Virus record (IMG/VR): IMGVR_UViG_3300017917_000952
Coordinates: 1 to 64,000 of that record
Reading direction: 5' to 3' (one strand)
Length of the DNA stretch: 64,000 nt
Shown: positions 18,801-29,119 of the stretch, in pieces
Position numbering within the stretch: position 1 is the first letter of the stretch
Layout of the letters: each line of letters begins with the position of its first letter
Program-made: the position numbers and the translations under genes
The notes under the pieces: model-generated
Database searches by the model: none
Told to the model about the DNA's origin: nothing
The model's input: only the letters and a program-made list of their open reading frames with translations

Positions 18801-19028
18801 ATGATTTTCACAGAACATAAAAGCCAAGTACACTCAATTCGTCAAGACGATCCAGAGTTTAAGATCGTAGACGGCTTTGCCGTACACCCCCGAGCAATGG
18901 TACATATTTTACCAGAATGTCCCTGGGAACTTAGAGACCAAATTAATTTTGCCATTGCCAAGGGCTATCTAAAATTGGTCGCCAACATTACGGAGCGTGA
19001 ACGTATTTTTATGGGCCTGACAAAATGA
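18801..19028 (+). CDS. Hypothetical protein
   Basis: 75-aa ORF directly after the promoter, ATGA-coupled to the next gene. Confidence 0.65.
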   Translation: MIFTEHKSQVHSIRQDDPEFKIVDGFAVHPRAMVHILPECPWELRDQINFAIAKGYLKLVANITERERIFMGLTK

Positions 19029-19879
19029 TATTAAATATGCCAGGGACAGCCGGAAGTGCAAAGATTACTATGAGACCACTATTAACAGAAAAAAAATTAG
19101 GCATTATTGGATTAGGATTCGTCGGAGGTGCAATTAAAGCATCACTTGACTGGGGTGACGAAATTTGGGTTGTTATTGATCCTGCTAAAGGATTTAATGC
19201 AACCTATCAAGAACTAGCAGAAAAAACAGACGGCGTGTTTGTCTGTGTGCCTACTCCTATGGGAGATGACGGCGTCTGCGATACCAGTTATTTAGAAGAT
19301 GTTCTTAAAAATCTAAAGTCTGTGAACTATGAAGGCGTTATTATCAGCAAATGTACAGCACCTCCTTCTGTTTACGAACGGTTAAACAAGGATCATCCCA
19401 ACCTTGTACATGCACCAGAATTTTTAACTGCCGCAAACGCAAACAGAGACTACGTTAATGGGCAATTTGCAATCATTGGCGGTCGAGTGAATGCCTACAT
19501 CCGAGAAGCAGAACGCATTATTAAAATTACTCAAACTAATTTAAAAGATGTTATGCACTGCACCATTGGCGAAGCCGCATTAGCAAAATATACTATCAAT
19601 AGTTTCCTGGCTACCAAAGTTGCGTTTATGAACGAAGTTTATGAAATTGCACAGGCAGCAAACATGGACTATGATAAGATCGCGCATATGGTAACTTTAG
19701 ATCCTCGCATTGGACGCACCCACATGCAGGTCCCAGGACCCGACGGGCAGTTTGGGTTTGGCGGGGCCTGTTTTCCTAAGGATACCAGTGCATTGCTGAA
19801 ATATGCAGAAAGTCTAAACCAAACACCTATGGTATTAGATGCCGCTGTGAAAAAGAATACCCTACTACGCTTAAAGTGA
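19025..19879 (+). CDS. UDP-glucose/GDP-mannose dehydrogenase family protein (short form)
   Basis: GLGFVG, VCVPTP, PEFL, AKYTINSFLATKVAFMNE, GFGGACFPKD; lacks the C-terminal UDP-binding domain. Confidence 0.88.
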   Translation: MILNMPGTAGSAKITMRPLLTEKKLGIIGLGFVGGAIKASLDWGDEIWVVIDPAKGFNATYQELAEKTDGVFVCVPTPMGDDGVCDTSYLEDVLKNLKSVNYEGVIISKCTAPPSVYERLNKDHPNLVHAPEFLTAANANRDYVNGQFAIIGGRVNAYIREAERIIKITQTNLKDVMHCTIGEAALAKYTINSFLATKVAFMNEVYEIAQAANMDYDKIAHMVTLDPRIGRTHMQVPGPDGQFGFGGACFPKDTSALLKYAESLNQTPMVLDAAVKKNTLLRLK

Positions 19880-19884
19880 GAAAT

Positions 19885-20145
19885 ATGGAAAAAGAAATCC
19901 TTGATGAAGTTATTCGTTTAGTTGGAAAGATTAAAAAAGATCTTCCAAAAGAAAAAATTGTACCAACTGCTGAATTTGTTAAAGATTTAGAATTTGACAG
20001 TCTGGATATTACAGAACTTGTTATCGATCTTGAAGACGAGTTTCATTTCGACTTAGCAGAAAAGAACGCTAAGGGCGTGGTTACAATTCAAGATTTGGTT
20101 AATACAATTCTAAAATTAGTTGACAAATCTAAAGTTAGTAACTAA
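19885..20145 (+). CDS. acpP: Acyl carrier protein
   Basis: DLEFDSLDITELVIDLEDEF with the phosphopantetheine Ser, and TIQDLV. Confidence 0.88.
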   Translation: MEKEILDEVIRLVGKIKKDLPKEKIVPTAEFVKDLEFDSLDITELVIDLEDEFHFDLAEKNAKGVVTIQDLVNTILKLVDKSKVSN

Positions 20146-20148
20146 AAT
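20120..20148 (+). promoter_or_regulatory. Sigma70-like promoter for folE-guaC
   Basis: TTGACA-17-TAAAAT. Confidence 0.7.
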
Positions 20149-20190
20149 TATTACGGCAATCCTCTGCCTTAACATCGGAGAACAAAAATA

Positions 20191-20937
20191 ATGACAGATA
20201 AGAAAGAAACGGCACTAGATGCCATGGCCGGAGACGGCGGATACGAAGAAGCGTACCTCGGCGACCATCTTCGCTTTAAAATGAAACGTGATAAAAAACG
20301 TTTTTGGGCCGGAGATAACATCAGCGATTATCTCAAAGAGGGAGACAAAGAACGTCTAATCGACGAAGCAACAGAAGCATTTGAACTAGTGCTCGATCGG
20401 TTGCTGATTGATCGAGAAGACGATCCTAACAGCAAAGGTACAGCCCGCAGGCTTGCTAAAATGTACTTTAACGAAATAATGGCAGGAAGATATGACCCAG
20501 CACCAGACGCAACCAGTTTCCCAAACGACTCGGCGGACCGTTACGAAGGTATGCTTGTTGTTCGCAGTGAGCTTCGCAGTATGTGTAGCCATCATCACCA
20601 ACCTGTGGTTGGCGTTGCTTATATTGGTATTATTGCCGCTCAACATCTTATTGGCCTATCGAAATATACAAGAATCGCCCAGTGGTGTGCCCGACGTGGT
20701 ACTCTCCAGGAGGAGTTGGCTAATGACATTGCTAGGGAAATCGCCAAAGCAACAGGAGCCAAGGACCTAGGTGTGTATATTCAAGCCACGCATGGGTGCT
20801 GTGAGAATCGCGGCATTATGGCACACTCTAGTCTAACACAGACCACAGTGTTAAAGGGTGCGTTTAGAGACGACATGGGCACAAAGAAAGAATTCTTTGA
20901 CAACATTAAAATGCAACAGGAATTTTCTCCGCGATGA
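20191..20937 (+). CDS. folE: GTP cyclohydrolase I
   Basis: [31 protein letters not shown]. Confidence 0.93.
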   Translation: MTDKKETALDAMAGDGGYEEAYLGDHLRFKMKRDKKRFWAGDNISDYLKEGDKERLIDEATEAFELVLDRLLIDREDDPNSKGTARRLAKMYFNEIMAGRYDPAPDATSFPNDSADRYEGMLVVRSELRSMCSHHHQPVVGVAYIGIIAAQHLIGLSKYTRIAQWCARRGTLQEELANDIAREIAKATGAKDLGVYIQATHGCCENRGIMAHSSLTQTTVLKGAFRDDMGTKKEFFDNIKMQQEFSPR

Positions 20938-21953
20938 GAATCGAAGACGAAATTAAATTAGACTTTAAGGATGTGTTAATTCGTCCTAAGCGCAGTACAT
21001 TGTCTAGCCGTAAAGAAGTTGATCTAAAAAGAACTTATAGATTCAAACATAGCGGATCTAACTGGACTGGTATTCCTATTATGGCTGCAAACATGGACGG
21101 AGTCGGAACCATTGCTGTGGCTAAAGAACTCTATGAATATCGATTGTTTACATGTCTAACAAAGTCGTACACTGAAGATCAGTTTGAAGATCTAGTAGAC
21201 GAAGTTGGCGGAAATTACTTTGCTGTAAGTACTGGTACAAGCGACAGTGATTTTCAAAGATTGAATAGAATTATCAACGCTTATCCGGAGATACATTTTA
21301 TTTGCATCGACGTGGCTAACGGATATCAAGAACGATTTGGCGACTATGTTGCAAAAGTTCGACAGACTTTCCCGCACTGTACTATCATTGCAGGAAATGT
21401 TGTTACAGCAGATATGACACAGGAGTTAATTTTACGTGGTGCTGATATTGTTAAAGTGGGTATTGGCCCTGGTAGTGTTTGTACTACTCGTATTCAAACT
21501 GGTGTGGGTTATCCGCAACTCTCCGCGATCATTGAGTGTGCAGATGCGGCCCATGGTTTGGGTGGTCATATTATCGCTGATGGTGGATGCACTTGTCCTG
21601 GCGATGTTGCTAAGGCTTTTGGTGCAGGTGCGGACTTTGTTATGCTAGGCGGTATGCTGGCAGGACACGACGAAGGTGGCGGAACTGTTGAAAACGGTAT
21701 GGTTACTTTCTACGGTATGAGTTCAGATACCGCTATGGAAAAACATCACGGCGGTGTTGCCGAATATCGCAGTAGCGAAGGAAGAACTGTGACTATTCCA
21801 TACAAAGGCGCTATTAAAAATACAGTTCTAGATATTCTAGGCGGCTTAAGAAGTACCTGTACCTACGTCGGTGCTTCTACACTTAAACAATTAAGTAAGT
21901 GTACCACATTTATTAGGGTTAATCGTCAAATTAATGACGTCTTTCTAAAATAA
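20934..21953 (+). CDS. guaC: GMP reductase
   Basis: [57 protein letters not shown]. Confidence 0.95.
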   Translation: MRIEDEIKLDFKDVLIRPKRSTLSSRKEVDLKRTYRFKHSGSNWTGIPIMAANMDGVGTIAVAKELYEYRLFTCLTKSYTEDQFEDLVDEVGGNYFAVSTGTSDSDFQRLNRIINAYPEIHFICIDVANGYQERFGDYVAKVRQTFPHCTIIAGNVVTADMTQELILRGADIVKVGIGPGSVCTTRIQTGVGYPQLSAIIECADAAHGLGGHIIADGGCTCPGDVAKAFGAGADFVMLGGMLAGHDEGGGTVENGMVTFYGMSSDTAMEKHHGGVAEYRSSEGRTVTIPYKGAIKNTVLDILGGLRSTCTYVGASTLKQLSKCTTFIRVNRQINDVFLK

Positions 21954-21968
21954 TGGCAAAATCAACTA

Positions 21969-21997
21969 TTGACTTTTTCCATTTACTACATTACAAT
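21969..21997 (+). promoter_or_regulatory. Sigma70-like promoter
   Basis: TTGACT-17-TACAAT upstream of 22015. Confidence 0.6.
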
Positions 21998-22014
21998 AAA
22001 CTATAAGGTAACTC

Positions 22015-22734
22015 ATGAAAAAACCAAAGCTCAATATTCCTAACAGACAACAGTTTGCACAGCGTCCTACAGCACAGCCTGCTCCTGCACCTCAGGCTGG
22101 AGGCAAACCTCCTAGCGTTATGATCGCCGTTCCTGCAATGGAAATGGTTAACGCAGAATTTGCACAACATCTAGCAATGGCCGCAGCCAATATGGTTGCA
22201 CACGGCATTCGAATCAATTGTGCTTTTAATATCGGTAGTGTTATTACTATTGCTCGACGCAATCTTGTCGAAATCTTTTTAAAGAGCGATTTTGATTATA
22301 TGTTCTGGGTCGATAGCGATATGAAGTTTCCTATCGATGCCCCTGTTCGATTACTGCAACGAAACAAAGATATTGTAGGTTGTAACTACCGTCGTCGTCG
22401 TTTCCCTAACCCTAACTTCACAGGAATGATGGGTACCAGCGGAAACTTCACTGAATTCCAAACTACGGACAATAGTCCCGCAATGGAAAAGATCGACGTT
22501 CTTCCACATGGACTTGTAATGGTTAAACGACATGTCTATGAAACTATTCCTCACCCGCATTATCTACAGGAATTCTTACCAGAGAAAAACTTAGAAATCG
22601 GTGAAGATATCTACTTCTGTCAGCAGGCATACAAGGCAGGCTTTGAAGTATGGTGTGACCAGGAACTTAGCCGAGAAATAGCACATATTGGTATTTTCCA
22701 CTACAACTATAATCTCAGTGTTCCTAAATCTTAA
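22015..22734 (+). CDS. GT-A fold glycosyltransferase-like protein
   Basis: ARRNLV, FWVDSD (DxD), DIVG, GEDIYFC, IAHIG. Confidence 0.7.
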   Translation: MKKPKLNIPNRQQFAQRPTAQPAPAPQAGGKPPSVMIAVPAMEMVNAEFAQHLAMAAANMVAHGIRINCAFNIGSVITIARRNLVEIFLKSDFDYMFWVDSDMKFPIDAPVRLLQRNKDIVGCNYRRRRFPNPNFTGMMGTSGNFTEFQTTDNSPAMEKIDVLPHGLVMVKRHVYETIPHPHYLQEFLPEKNLEIGEDIYFCQQAYKAGFEVWCDQELSREIAHIGIFHYNYNLSVPKS

Positions 22735-22749
22735 AAAGAAAGGCAACCT

Positions 22750-22923
22750 ATGTTATTTGAAAGCATAGAAATTCGCAAAGTGTGTAACGGTGTAATCGTC
22801 ACACTGCGAAGCGACGAAGATGAAGATCAAGAATATGTATATGATAGCGACCGAAAGGCTATCAAATTCGTAAAAGATCTTCTCGAAAGCAAAGGGAAAG
22901 TCTCAGTCGCAGAGACTGAATAA
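22750..22923 (+). CDS. 57-aa hypothetical protein (absent from the ORF track)
   Basis: MLFESIEIRKVCNGVIVTLRSDEDEDQEYVYD..., AAGG RBS, fills the gap exactly. Confidence 0.6.
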   Translation: MLFESIEIRKVCNGVIVTLRSDEDEDQEYVYDSDRKAIKFVKDLLESKGKVSVAETE

Positions 22924-22926
22924 TCT

Positions 22927-23388
22927 ATGACAGTTAAGAAAAAATATAAGGTAGGTGATACCGTATGGATCTACGGTATTGGCAGAAGTAATGTTAAGCC
23001 TACTCAAGGTAAAGTTATTAAAGTCGTTGACCTAAGCGATGCGGGATATTCTATCGGTGATCATTACATTATCGAAGTTCCTACACATATCGAGCCTCTT
23101 TTAGAAGTTCGAACATGGCACAATATCAGCCAAGACGAAAAAGGCCCCATTGGATCTTTCAGAGAAATGGGCAATGTAGAATCTACAATTAAATTTGCTT
23201 CTACTATTGGATTTGCATTTGATGATAATCCAGAATTAGATCCTAGTGCCGACGAAGACGACGAAATTGATCCTAACATTATCCATGCCGCTCTTGAGAA
23301 AAGTCAAAAGGACGTTACACACGCACCGTTGAATCTCAAAACCGAAAAGCCTCGGCGCAGAAATTTTAGAAAAAAATCTAAAGAATGA
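22927..23388 (+). CDS. Hypothetical protein (N-terminal SH3/KOW-like barrel)
   Basis: YKVGDTVWI...QGKVIKV; basic tail. Confidence 0.6.
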   Translation: MTVKKKYKVGDTVWIYGIGRSNVKPTQGKVIKVVDLSDAGYSIGDHYIIEVPTHIEPLLEVRTWHNISQDEKGPIGSFREMGNVESTIKFASTIGFAFDDNPELDPSADEDDEIDPNIIHAALEKSQKDVTHAPLNLKTEKPRRRNFRKKSKE

Positions 23389-23729
23389 ACACTGCAAGCG
23401 CCGAGCGTTGGACGCAGATTCTGACAGGCATCACTCCTGATTATTTTAAATGGAAAGATATATTGGATAACGGTCCCGATATTGTTGTAGATATTAGTCG
23501 GAAGGGCAGATTCTGGCGAGTAACTCTACAGGATCGACACCATTCGGGAGAATGGACTCCGGTATGGATAGATCCCGGAGCCGTTGACGAACGAGTAAAC
23601 TGGACAGATGAACAACTTTTACATTGGTCCGGAGTTAAACGTATGGCATACGATATGTGGTACTTTCAACACAAACGCGATGCTGAAAAATTTCAAACAC
23701 TATATAATTTAAAATGGGGCTCGGCGTAA
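23385..23729 (+). CDS. Hypothetical phage protein
   Basis: ATGA-coupled ORF in a tiled run; ends KFQTLYNLKWG. Confidence 0.65.
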   Translation: MNTASAERWTQILTGITPDYFKWKDILDNGPDIVVDISRKGRFWRVTLQDRHHSGEWTPVWIDPGAVDERVNWTDEQLLHWSGVKRMAYDMWYFQHKRDAEKFQTLYNLKWGSA

Positions 23730-24028
23730 GATTTCGTGTTGTCCACGAAAATGGTGAAGACCGTGTTGAAGAAATTCACAAGGTTGTTGTACATAGATTT
23801 AGGCTAAGTGATGTCGACGATCCTGATATCTATGCGGCTCAGCCTATATGGGAATGGCAACAAACTGACGCTGGAAAGTTTGTTATGGAGCACGCCATAG
23901 AGACTCCCTCATACCATCAACATTTAGATGCTTCTACCTACAGTTACCAATATGCAATAACAGCAAAGTTAGAAAAGAAAAAACTATCAGAATTCTATTT
24001 AAGATGGGGCAAACCACAATGGAAATAA
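23714..24028 (+). CDS. Hypothetical phage protein
   Basis: Tiled ORF; ends EFYLRWG, similar to the upstream neighbour's ending. Confidence 0.65.
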   Translation: MGLGVRFRVVHENGEDRVEEIHKVVVHRFRLSDVDDPDIYAAQPIWEWQQTDAGKFVMEHAIETPSYHQHLDASTYSYQYAITAKLEKKKLSEFYLRWGKPQWK

Positions 24029-24249
24029 CAAGACATGAAGATCACTGCGAAGTAAAGCAGGCCAATAATTCTAAAAGTGTACGGGCAGAAATTTTAGAAT
24101 TTAAAGAGCACGATAGACTGATTGCAGTCTTAAACAAAAGCGTAAAATTGCCAATGAAATGGAACGGCCGTGTGTACGAAGGCCGTATGGCAGGTATGGA
24201 CTTTACTACTACCGGACCGAAGGTAACAAAAACATCAACAGGAAGATAA
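24019..24249 (+). CDS. Hypothetical phage protein
   Basis: Tiled ORF, start placed at ATG 24019. Confidence 0.6.
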   Translation: MEITRHEDHCEVKQANNSKSVRAEILEFKEHDRLIAVLNKSVKLPMKWNGRVYEGRMAGMDFTTTGPKVTKTSTGR

Positions 24250-24250
24250 C

Positions 24251-24655
24251 ATGACAAACCCTTTTAGAGACCAAGAAAAATTTATGCGGGCCTGCGACCA
24301 ATCAGTTGACGGTTCAGACCATGATCAATTTAAGATGTACCTAAAACTTATCAAAGAAGAATTTGATGAGTTACAAGAAGCACACGGAATTGATCTAGAA
24401 ACTGGAGAACAGGTTAGACCTTCTGATCCAGTTGAAACACTAGACGCACTGCTAGACATGTTGGTTGTTACTATTGGCGCTATCCATTCAGCAGGTTTCA
24501 ACGGCGAAGGTGGCTGGAAAGAAGTTATGCGTACAAACTTTGCCAAAATTGATAAAGAAACGGGCAAGGTTAGAAAAAGAGAGGACGGAAAGGTGCTAAA
24601 ACCAGTAGGTTGGACTCCTCCCGATTTAAATAGTTTTATAACCAAAGGAGATTAA
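24251..24655 (+). CDS. MazG-like / PRA-PH nucleotide pyrophosphohydrolase
   Basis: LIKEEFDEL, LDALLDMLVV, EVMRTNFAK, REDGKVLKP. Confidence 0.85.
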   Translation: MTNPFRDQEKFMRACDQSVDGSDHDQFKMYLKLIKEEFDELQEAHGIDLETGEQVRPSDPVETLDALLDMLVVTIGAIHSAGFNGEGGWKEVMRTNFAKIDKETGKVRKREDGKVLKPVGWTPPDLNSFITKGD

Positions 24656-24656
24656 C

Positions 24657-25349
24657 ATGGTTGATACTACATATGATTCAGTTTCTTATAGATCTGCAGG
24701 CGAGATCAACACCGCAATGGGCAGAGTCTATGCTAACATGGGTCTCGCAGTTCTTACATCTATGCTGATTAGTTATTTGGTAGGTAGTAGTCCTGCACTG
24801 TTGGCATTCTTTTTTACAGGTTTCCTAAAGTGGGTTGTAATTTTTGCACCACTAGTTGCTGTATTTGGAATTGGATTTGTTCTAGAAAACGAGAAACTAC
24901 CCAAATCGGTTTATCATTTATGTCTACACGGGTTTGCTGGACTGATGGGCCTAAGTTTTGCAACAATCTTTGCCGTTTTCCAAATGGGTAGCATTGTTAG
25001 TGCCTTCGTAGGAGCAGGAGTTCTATTTGGGGTAATGAGCTTTTACGGGTACTTTACCAAAAAAAGTCTAGATAGTTTAGGAAAATGGTTACTTGTTGGC
25101 TTGATTTCTATCGTGATTGCTAGTATAATTAACTTGTTCGTTGGTAGTTCTGTATTTCAAATGGTTATTTCGACATTAGCCATTGTAATTTTTACAGCAC
25201 TAACAGCATATGATACACAACAGATTAGGGAAGAATTAAGCGTTAGTACCAGCGAGGCTGCAGAAGTCCGTGGCGCTCTAAGATTGTACTTAGACTTTAT
25301 TAACCTATTCATCCATCTTTTACAACTTTTTGGTAGTAAGAAAGAATAA
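24657..25349 (+). CDS. yccA: Bax inhibitor-1/YccA family membrane protein
   Basis: About 7 hydrophobic segments, YGYFTKKSL, AYDTQQIR, ALRLYLDFINLF. Confidence 0.9.
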   Translation: MVDTTYDSVSYRSAGEINTAMGRVYANMGLAVLTSMLISYLVGSSPALLAFFFTGFLKWVVIFAPLVAVFGIGFVLENEKLPKSVYHLCLHGFAGLMGLSFATIFAVFQMGSIVSAFVGAGVLFGVMSFYGYFTKKSLDSLGKWLLVGLISIVIASIINLFVGSSVFQMVISTLAIVIFTALTAYDTQQIREELSVSTSEAAEVRGALRLYLDFINLFIHLLQLFGSKKE

Positions 25350-26177
25350 ATGAACCACTACTGGACATGCTCAAAGTTTGCAGACTGGCTTCGCGGAACG
25401 CCAAAAGGCGAAGCCAAGACTGGACGTGGATGGTGGGAATGGGAAAAGGCTGCAAAAGAGTCTCATCCCATTCGTTACTGGATTGCTGAAGAAGGTCTTG
25501 ACTATGTCCAAAAAGTAGTTTATTTCATTCCCGATAAACTCCATGCAGTCAAATACTATATTAACAATCGTTGGGTTACCCGCACTCATGCTCTTACTGC
25601 CCATCCTAGGGACCTTAAGCGCGGTGAATGGTGTGATGTAGGAAATCGCTTTCTTCCTTGTCTTTTTAACGAGCTCGTGGACTTTGTTGAAATAGAGCTT
25701 GCATGGTGGCACCTTGCCTGGAACAGCGAAGAACGACACAAGTATGACGCACCTTGGTGGGCGTTTGGATGGTTCCGTTGGAGAACATGGCGTTGTCCGC
25801 AAGCAGGACTTGACAACCTCAAGTGGCAAAGCGAACTTGTCTGGAAAGAAGATGAATGCGAGCCAGGAAGTCCAAACATTGGCAAGCCAACATACCAAGC
25901 AGAAAAGGCTCTGGAAATCCTTGCGCTCTACAAGTGGTGGACTGACGTTTATCGTAATAGACCAGATCCTCACGATGCCAGCGGTTGGTCCGAATTCTGT
26001 GACCGCAGGCGCAACGATGATCGACACTTTCTAGACTTTGAAAGCGAGACCGCAGAAGAAAAGGCAGAAAGTCGTAGAATTCTTGATCTGTGCCACAGCA
26101 TCGAACAGGAATATGAAAAGGAAGATGAAGAAATGATGATTCGTCTTATTAAAATCCGTAACTCACTCTGGACTTAA
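25350..26177 (+). CDS. Hypothetical Trp-rich phage protein
   Basis: 275-aa ORF tiled between neighbours. Confidence 0.7.
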   Translation: MNHYWTCSKFADWLRGTPKGEAKTGRGWWEWEKAAKESHPIRYWIAEEGLDYVQKVVYFIPDKLHAVKYYINNRWVTRTHALTAHPRDLKRGEWCDVGNRFLPCLFNELVDFVEIELAWWHLAWNSEERHKYDAPWWAFGWFRWRTWRCPQAGLDNLKWQSELVWKEDECEPGSPNIGKPTYQAEKALEILALYKWWTDVYRNRPDPHDASGWSEFCDRRRNDDRHFLDFESETAEEKAESRRILDLCHSIEQEYEKEDEEMMIRLIKIRNSLWT

Positions 26178-26178
26178 A

Positions 26179-26469
26179 ATGGCAAAGAAAAAACCTGAAG
26201 ATATGACTCCCGAAGAACGCAAAGAACTTAAAATTGAATTTGCACCTGGGTGCTTTGACAGTTTCGATGGAACTCAAGAAGAACTCGACCAGATGGTTGC
26301 AGAGATTCAAAAAATGATTCTCGACGGTAGCCTGTTTGAAAAGTCAAAAGAAATTGATCTCGACGAACTGATCGAAAGTGACGATCCAGACGATCAAGCA
26401 CTGGCTACAAAGATCCTACGATCCATTGATCGAGACCTCAACGGCGACAACGACCGAAACCTACAATGA
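26179..26469 (+). CDS. Hypothetical acidic protein
   Basis: Tiled ORF. Confidence 0.65.
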   Translation: MAKKKPEDMTPEERKELKIEFAPGCFDSFDGTQEELDQMVAEIQKMILDGSLFEKSKEIDLDELIESDDPDDQALATKILRSIDRDLNGDNDRNLQ

Positions 26470-27023
26470 GCGTGTCGAAAAGCCCGCAGAGGCATACCTT
26501 CCAAAAGGAAGGTTACTTAGAGCGCATGAAAGAAAAAGGCGAAGAGCCTAGCCAAGATTATCTTGACATGTTTGAGAAAATTTTGGAACAGCACAACCAC
26601 AAGTTTGACGATCCTGCCAGCCGTGTGGATAATATGGAATGGGATTTACTTACAACTGATTGGATTTTGGAAAAGGCCCGAGCCAGTAAAGACTATGCCC
26701 AAAATATCTATGCGGCATTATGCAACAACGGGTTTATCAAATTGGATGTTATTCCAATTCTAACCGAAAAGGAATGGAGTTGCAGTTGGCGCTATGCCGG
26801 AGGTATTGTTGCAGATATGCGACAAGAGGGCGACTACATTGATTGGTACTGTAGCGGTATTCGAAATGATTACGGAGATGACGCAGTTGAATCTCCAACT
26901 GGCTATGTGCCAGAGGGTCGTATAACTAACGAAATTCGAGAAGACTTCAAGAAATTAGGCTGGGCAGTTGCGCCTGGTGGTGATTGGGAAAACTTCGATG
27001 AGCAAACCGATAATTCTGTCTGA
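26466..27023 (+). CDS. Hypothetical phage protein
   Basis: Tiled ORF with WSCSWRYAGG and YIDWYCSG. Confidence 0.7.
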   Translation: MSVSKSPQRHTFQKEGYLERMKEKGEEPSQDYLDMFEKILEQHNHKFDDPASRVDNMEWDLLTTDWILEKARASKDYAQNIYAALCNNGFIKLDVIPILTEKEWSCSWRYAGGIVADMRQEGDYIDWYCSGIRNDYGDDAVESPTGYVPEGRITNEIREDFKKLGWAVAPGGDWENFDEQTDNSV

Positions 27024-27279
27024 AGAAGCCTGGGCTAAACTGCATACACGGCTGTCTCAAGACAACCATTCGAGTGTTATGCTAATTAGGACCAAGATGC
27101 GGGCAGTTTTGGGCTTTACTGTCAGACGCCATAGAGAGTGGCGTCACGATATGGGCGGTGTACAGCCCATAGATCTAATCCATTTGGATTTTTATAACGA
27201 GCCAAAACGTACAATGTTCATGCTCAAATATTCGGAATTTTTGGATAAATCTGGTAAAATTGATCTACGGGACAGTTGA
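26998..27279 (+). CDS. Hypothetical phage protein
   Basis: Start placed at ATG 26998 (MSKPIIL). Confidence 0.6.
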   Translation: MSKPIILSEEAWAKLHTRLSQDNHSSVMLIRTKMRAVLGFTVRRHREWRHDMGGVQPIDLIHLDFYNEPKRTMFMLKYSEFLDKSGKIDLRDS

Positions 27280-27304
27280 CATCTTGGTAAAAATGCTCTA
27301 TAAT
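27276..27304 (+). promoter_or_regulatory. Perfect-consensus sigma70 promoter
   Basis: TTGACA-17-TATAAT upstream of 27336. Confidence 0.85.
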
Positions 27305-27335
27305 ATAACTATACTGAAACGCAAAGGAGCACAAA

Positions 27336-28523
27336 ATGGCTACCAAACTTAAACAAGCAAGCATCGCACTTCGTCAAAACAAGGGCCGTGACATGAGCCC
27401 GAAGTGGGACGGTGCTGACGAATGGACTGGCGATCAGTTTACTAACCATTTCCGTCGGTCGATGGAATGGTATCGTTTGGAAAGTTCCGTTAAGGACCTC
27501 AAACCCAAACTCGTTGAATGGATGCACGGTGCAGGTTACGACCGCAGTGATATTAATGCCATTCGAAAGACCAAAGACAAATATTTTAGCGGCACTATGG
27601 TCGGTGTTGCCGCTTGCCTTGTTAAGGGTATGCCCGAAATTCACGAAGGCTTTAACAGTGGCAAGGATTCTGGCGCTTGGCTTCGCAACGAGATTGAAAA
27701 CGTGCTTAAAGCAGGTGCTAACGATCTTGAAGAAGACGAGGATGCACCCAAGGTTAAAGAAGAAAAGCCGGTTGTGGTTCAACCTAGTATTCAAGATCGT
27801 CTGCGTGAAGCCGCAGGTGACATGAGTGAAGAACTAGATTACGCTATTGACAGTTTTATCACTGACCCGGATGCCTTTGATCCCAAGGCTTTCAAGATCC
27901 TTAACCTGCTTCGCGGCAAGGGTGCCAAGGCTGCTCACACTCGTTTTATTAAGAACTACTTTTCTTTCAGTCATGGTCTGTTGCAAGAGCTCGCTAGTGG
28001 CAACGCAGACGAACAACTGCGAGAAGCATACAAACACCTACCCCGTAAGAACGTTAAGAAGTTGATTGAGTTCTACGATAGCATTATGGCCGCTTGTGAC
28101 CAAATTGCCGCAGAACAAAAAGTTCTCAAGAAGCCTCGTGCTAAGAAAGTTAAGCCTGCAGAGCAACTGGTTTCTAAACTCAAGTTCTGTATCAAGGACG
28201 ATAAGTTGGGCATTGTGTCAGTGCCGCCGGCGGGCATCATCGGTGCTCAGGGTGTCGTAGTCTACAACGTCAAGACTCGCAAGATCGGCTACTATGTTAG
28301 TAAGACTTCGGCAGGCTTGGGCGTCAAAGGTACTAGCCTAACTGACTTTACTGACAAGAGTACTCAAAAAACTCTGCGTAAACCTCCTGAACAACTCAAA
28401 GAGTTTAAGGAACAGAATACGCAGAAGCGTGTTGAAACCTGGTTCAAGGCAATCAAGACTACTGAGGTTGCTCTCAACGGTCGATTCAACGAAGATACTG
28501 TTATTCTCAAGGTGTTTAAATGA
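27336..28523 (+). CDS. Hypothetical 395-aa early protein, Lys-rich C-terminal half
   Basis: AGGAG RBS, long ORF, C-biased codons; no motif recognised. Confidence 0.8.
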   Translation: MATKLKQASIALRQNKGRDMSPKWDGADEWTGDQFTNHFRRSMEWYRLESSVKDLKPKLVEWMHGAGYDRSDINAIRKTKDKYFSGTMVGVAACLVKGMPEIHEGFNSGKDSGAWLRNEIENVLKAGANDLEEDEDAPKVKEEKPVVVQPSIQDRLREAAGDMSEELDYAIDSFITDPDAFDPKAFKILNLLRGKGAKAAHTRFIKNYFSFSHGLLQELASGNADEQLREAYKHLPRKNVKKLIEFYDSIMAACDQIAAEQKVLKKPRAKKVKPAEQLVSKLKFCIKDDKLGIVSVPPAGIIGAQGVVVYNVKTRKIGYYVSKTSAGLGVKGTSLTDFTDKSTQKTLRKPPEQLKEFKEQNTQKRVETWFKAIKTTEVALNGRFNEDTVILKVFK

Positions 28524-28741
28524 TTACAGGTGTACGTTGGTTTACTAGTCAACACTGTATGGGCATTGTACAAATCGTACAGGACCATCAGAAAGAAGAA
28601 TATCGTCAAACAGGCACTGCCGACTTCAAATACTATATTGGAGTAGGTTGGGGCGAGGATGAAAAAACTGATACCAGTTATATTGCAGAACATGGTGCGC
28701 CGTTTCCAAAAGAGGCAGGCGATGCCCTGTTTAATATATGA
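28520..28741 (+). CDS. Hypothetical protein
   Basis: ATGA-coupled 73-aa ORF. Confidence 0.65.
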   Translation: MITGVRWFTSQHCMGIVQIVQDHQKEEYRQTGTADFKYYIGVGWGEDEKTDTSYIAEHGAPFPKEAGDALFNI

Positions 28742-28917
28742 AGTGGTTATCGATAATATTCTTGCAAATTCTTTTGCTCTGTGCTACAATGTTCGTTATA
28801 CTAACATATTATCCACGAACCGGAACTGTCAGGTATGATTGCACATTGGCTGAAATCTCTCCTGACATTCCATTAAAAGCAAAAGAAGAATGTAGGAATG
28901 CGAAAAAGAATCAATGA
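28738..28917 (+). CDS. 59-aa membrane-anchored protein (absent from the ORF track)
   Basis: MKWLSIIFLQILLLCATMFVILTY hydrophobic helix, then YDCTLAEISPDIPLKAKEECR; ATGA-coupled. Confidence 0.6.
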   Translation: MKWLSIIFLQILLLCATMFVILTYYPRTGTVRYDCTLAEISPDIPLKAKEECRNAKKNQ

Positions 28918-29119
28918 ACTAGCAAAAGAAGCAGGTTATGCGGCGCCTGAACTTGCATTAAGAATGCAAAAAATGGTCGACCTTGTACTCAACGAAGTTA
29001 TTGTTGCAATTGAAAAAACACCGACTCACTGTGCATTTACGACACACGACCTCGGGGCTGTTCGATGCACAATTCAAAAGACTGTTGAAACTGTAAAAAA
29101 CCACTTTAAAGAGGAATAA
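28898..29119 (+). CDS. Hypothetical protein
   Basis: Tiled ORF with AGGA RBS. Confidence 0.6.
   Translation: MRKRINELAKEAGYAAPELALRMQKMVDLVLNEVIVAIEKTPTHCAFTTHDLGAVRCTIQKTVETVKNHFKEE

Noticed and set aside
25371-27794. Long minus-strand ORFs (25371-26027, 27309-27794) and similar ones at 51996-52511 and 62682-63218
   Set aside because: They lie wholly opposite well-supported plus-strand genes in tightly tiled operons.
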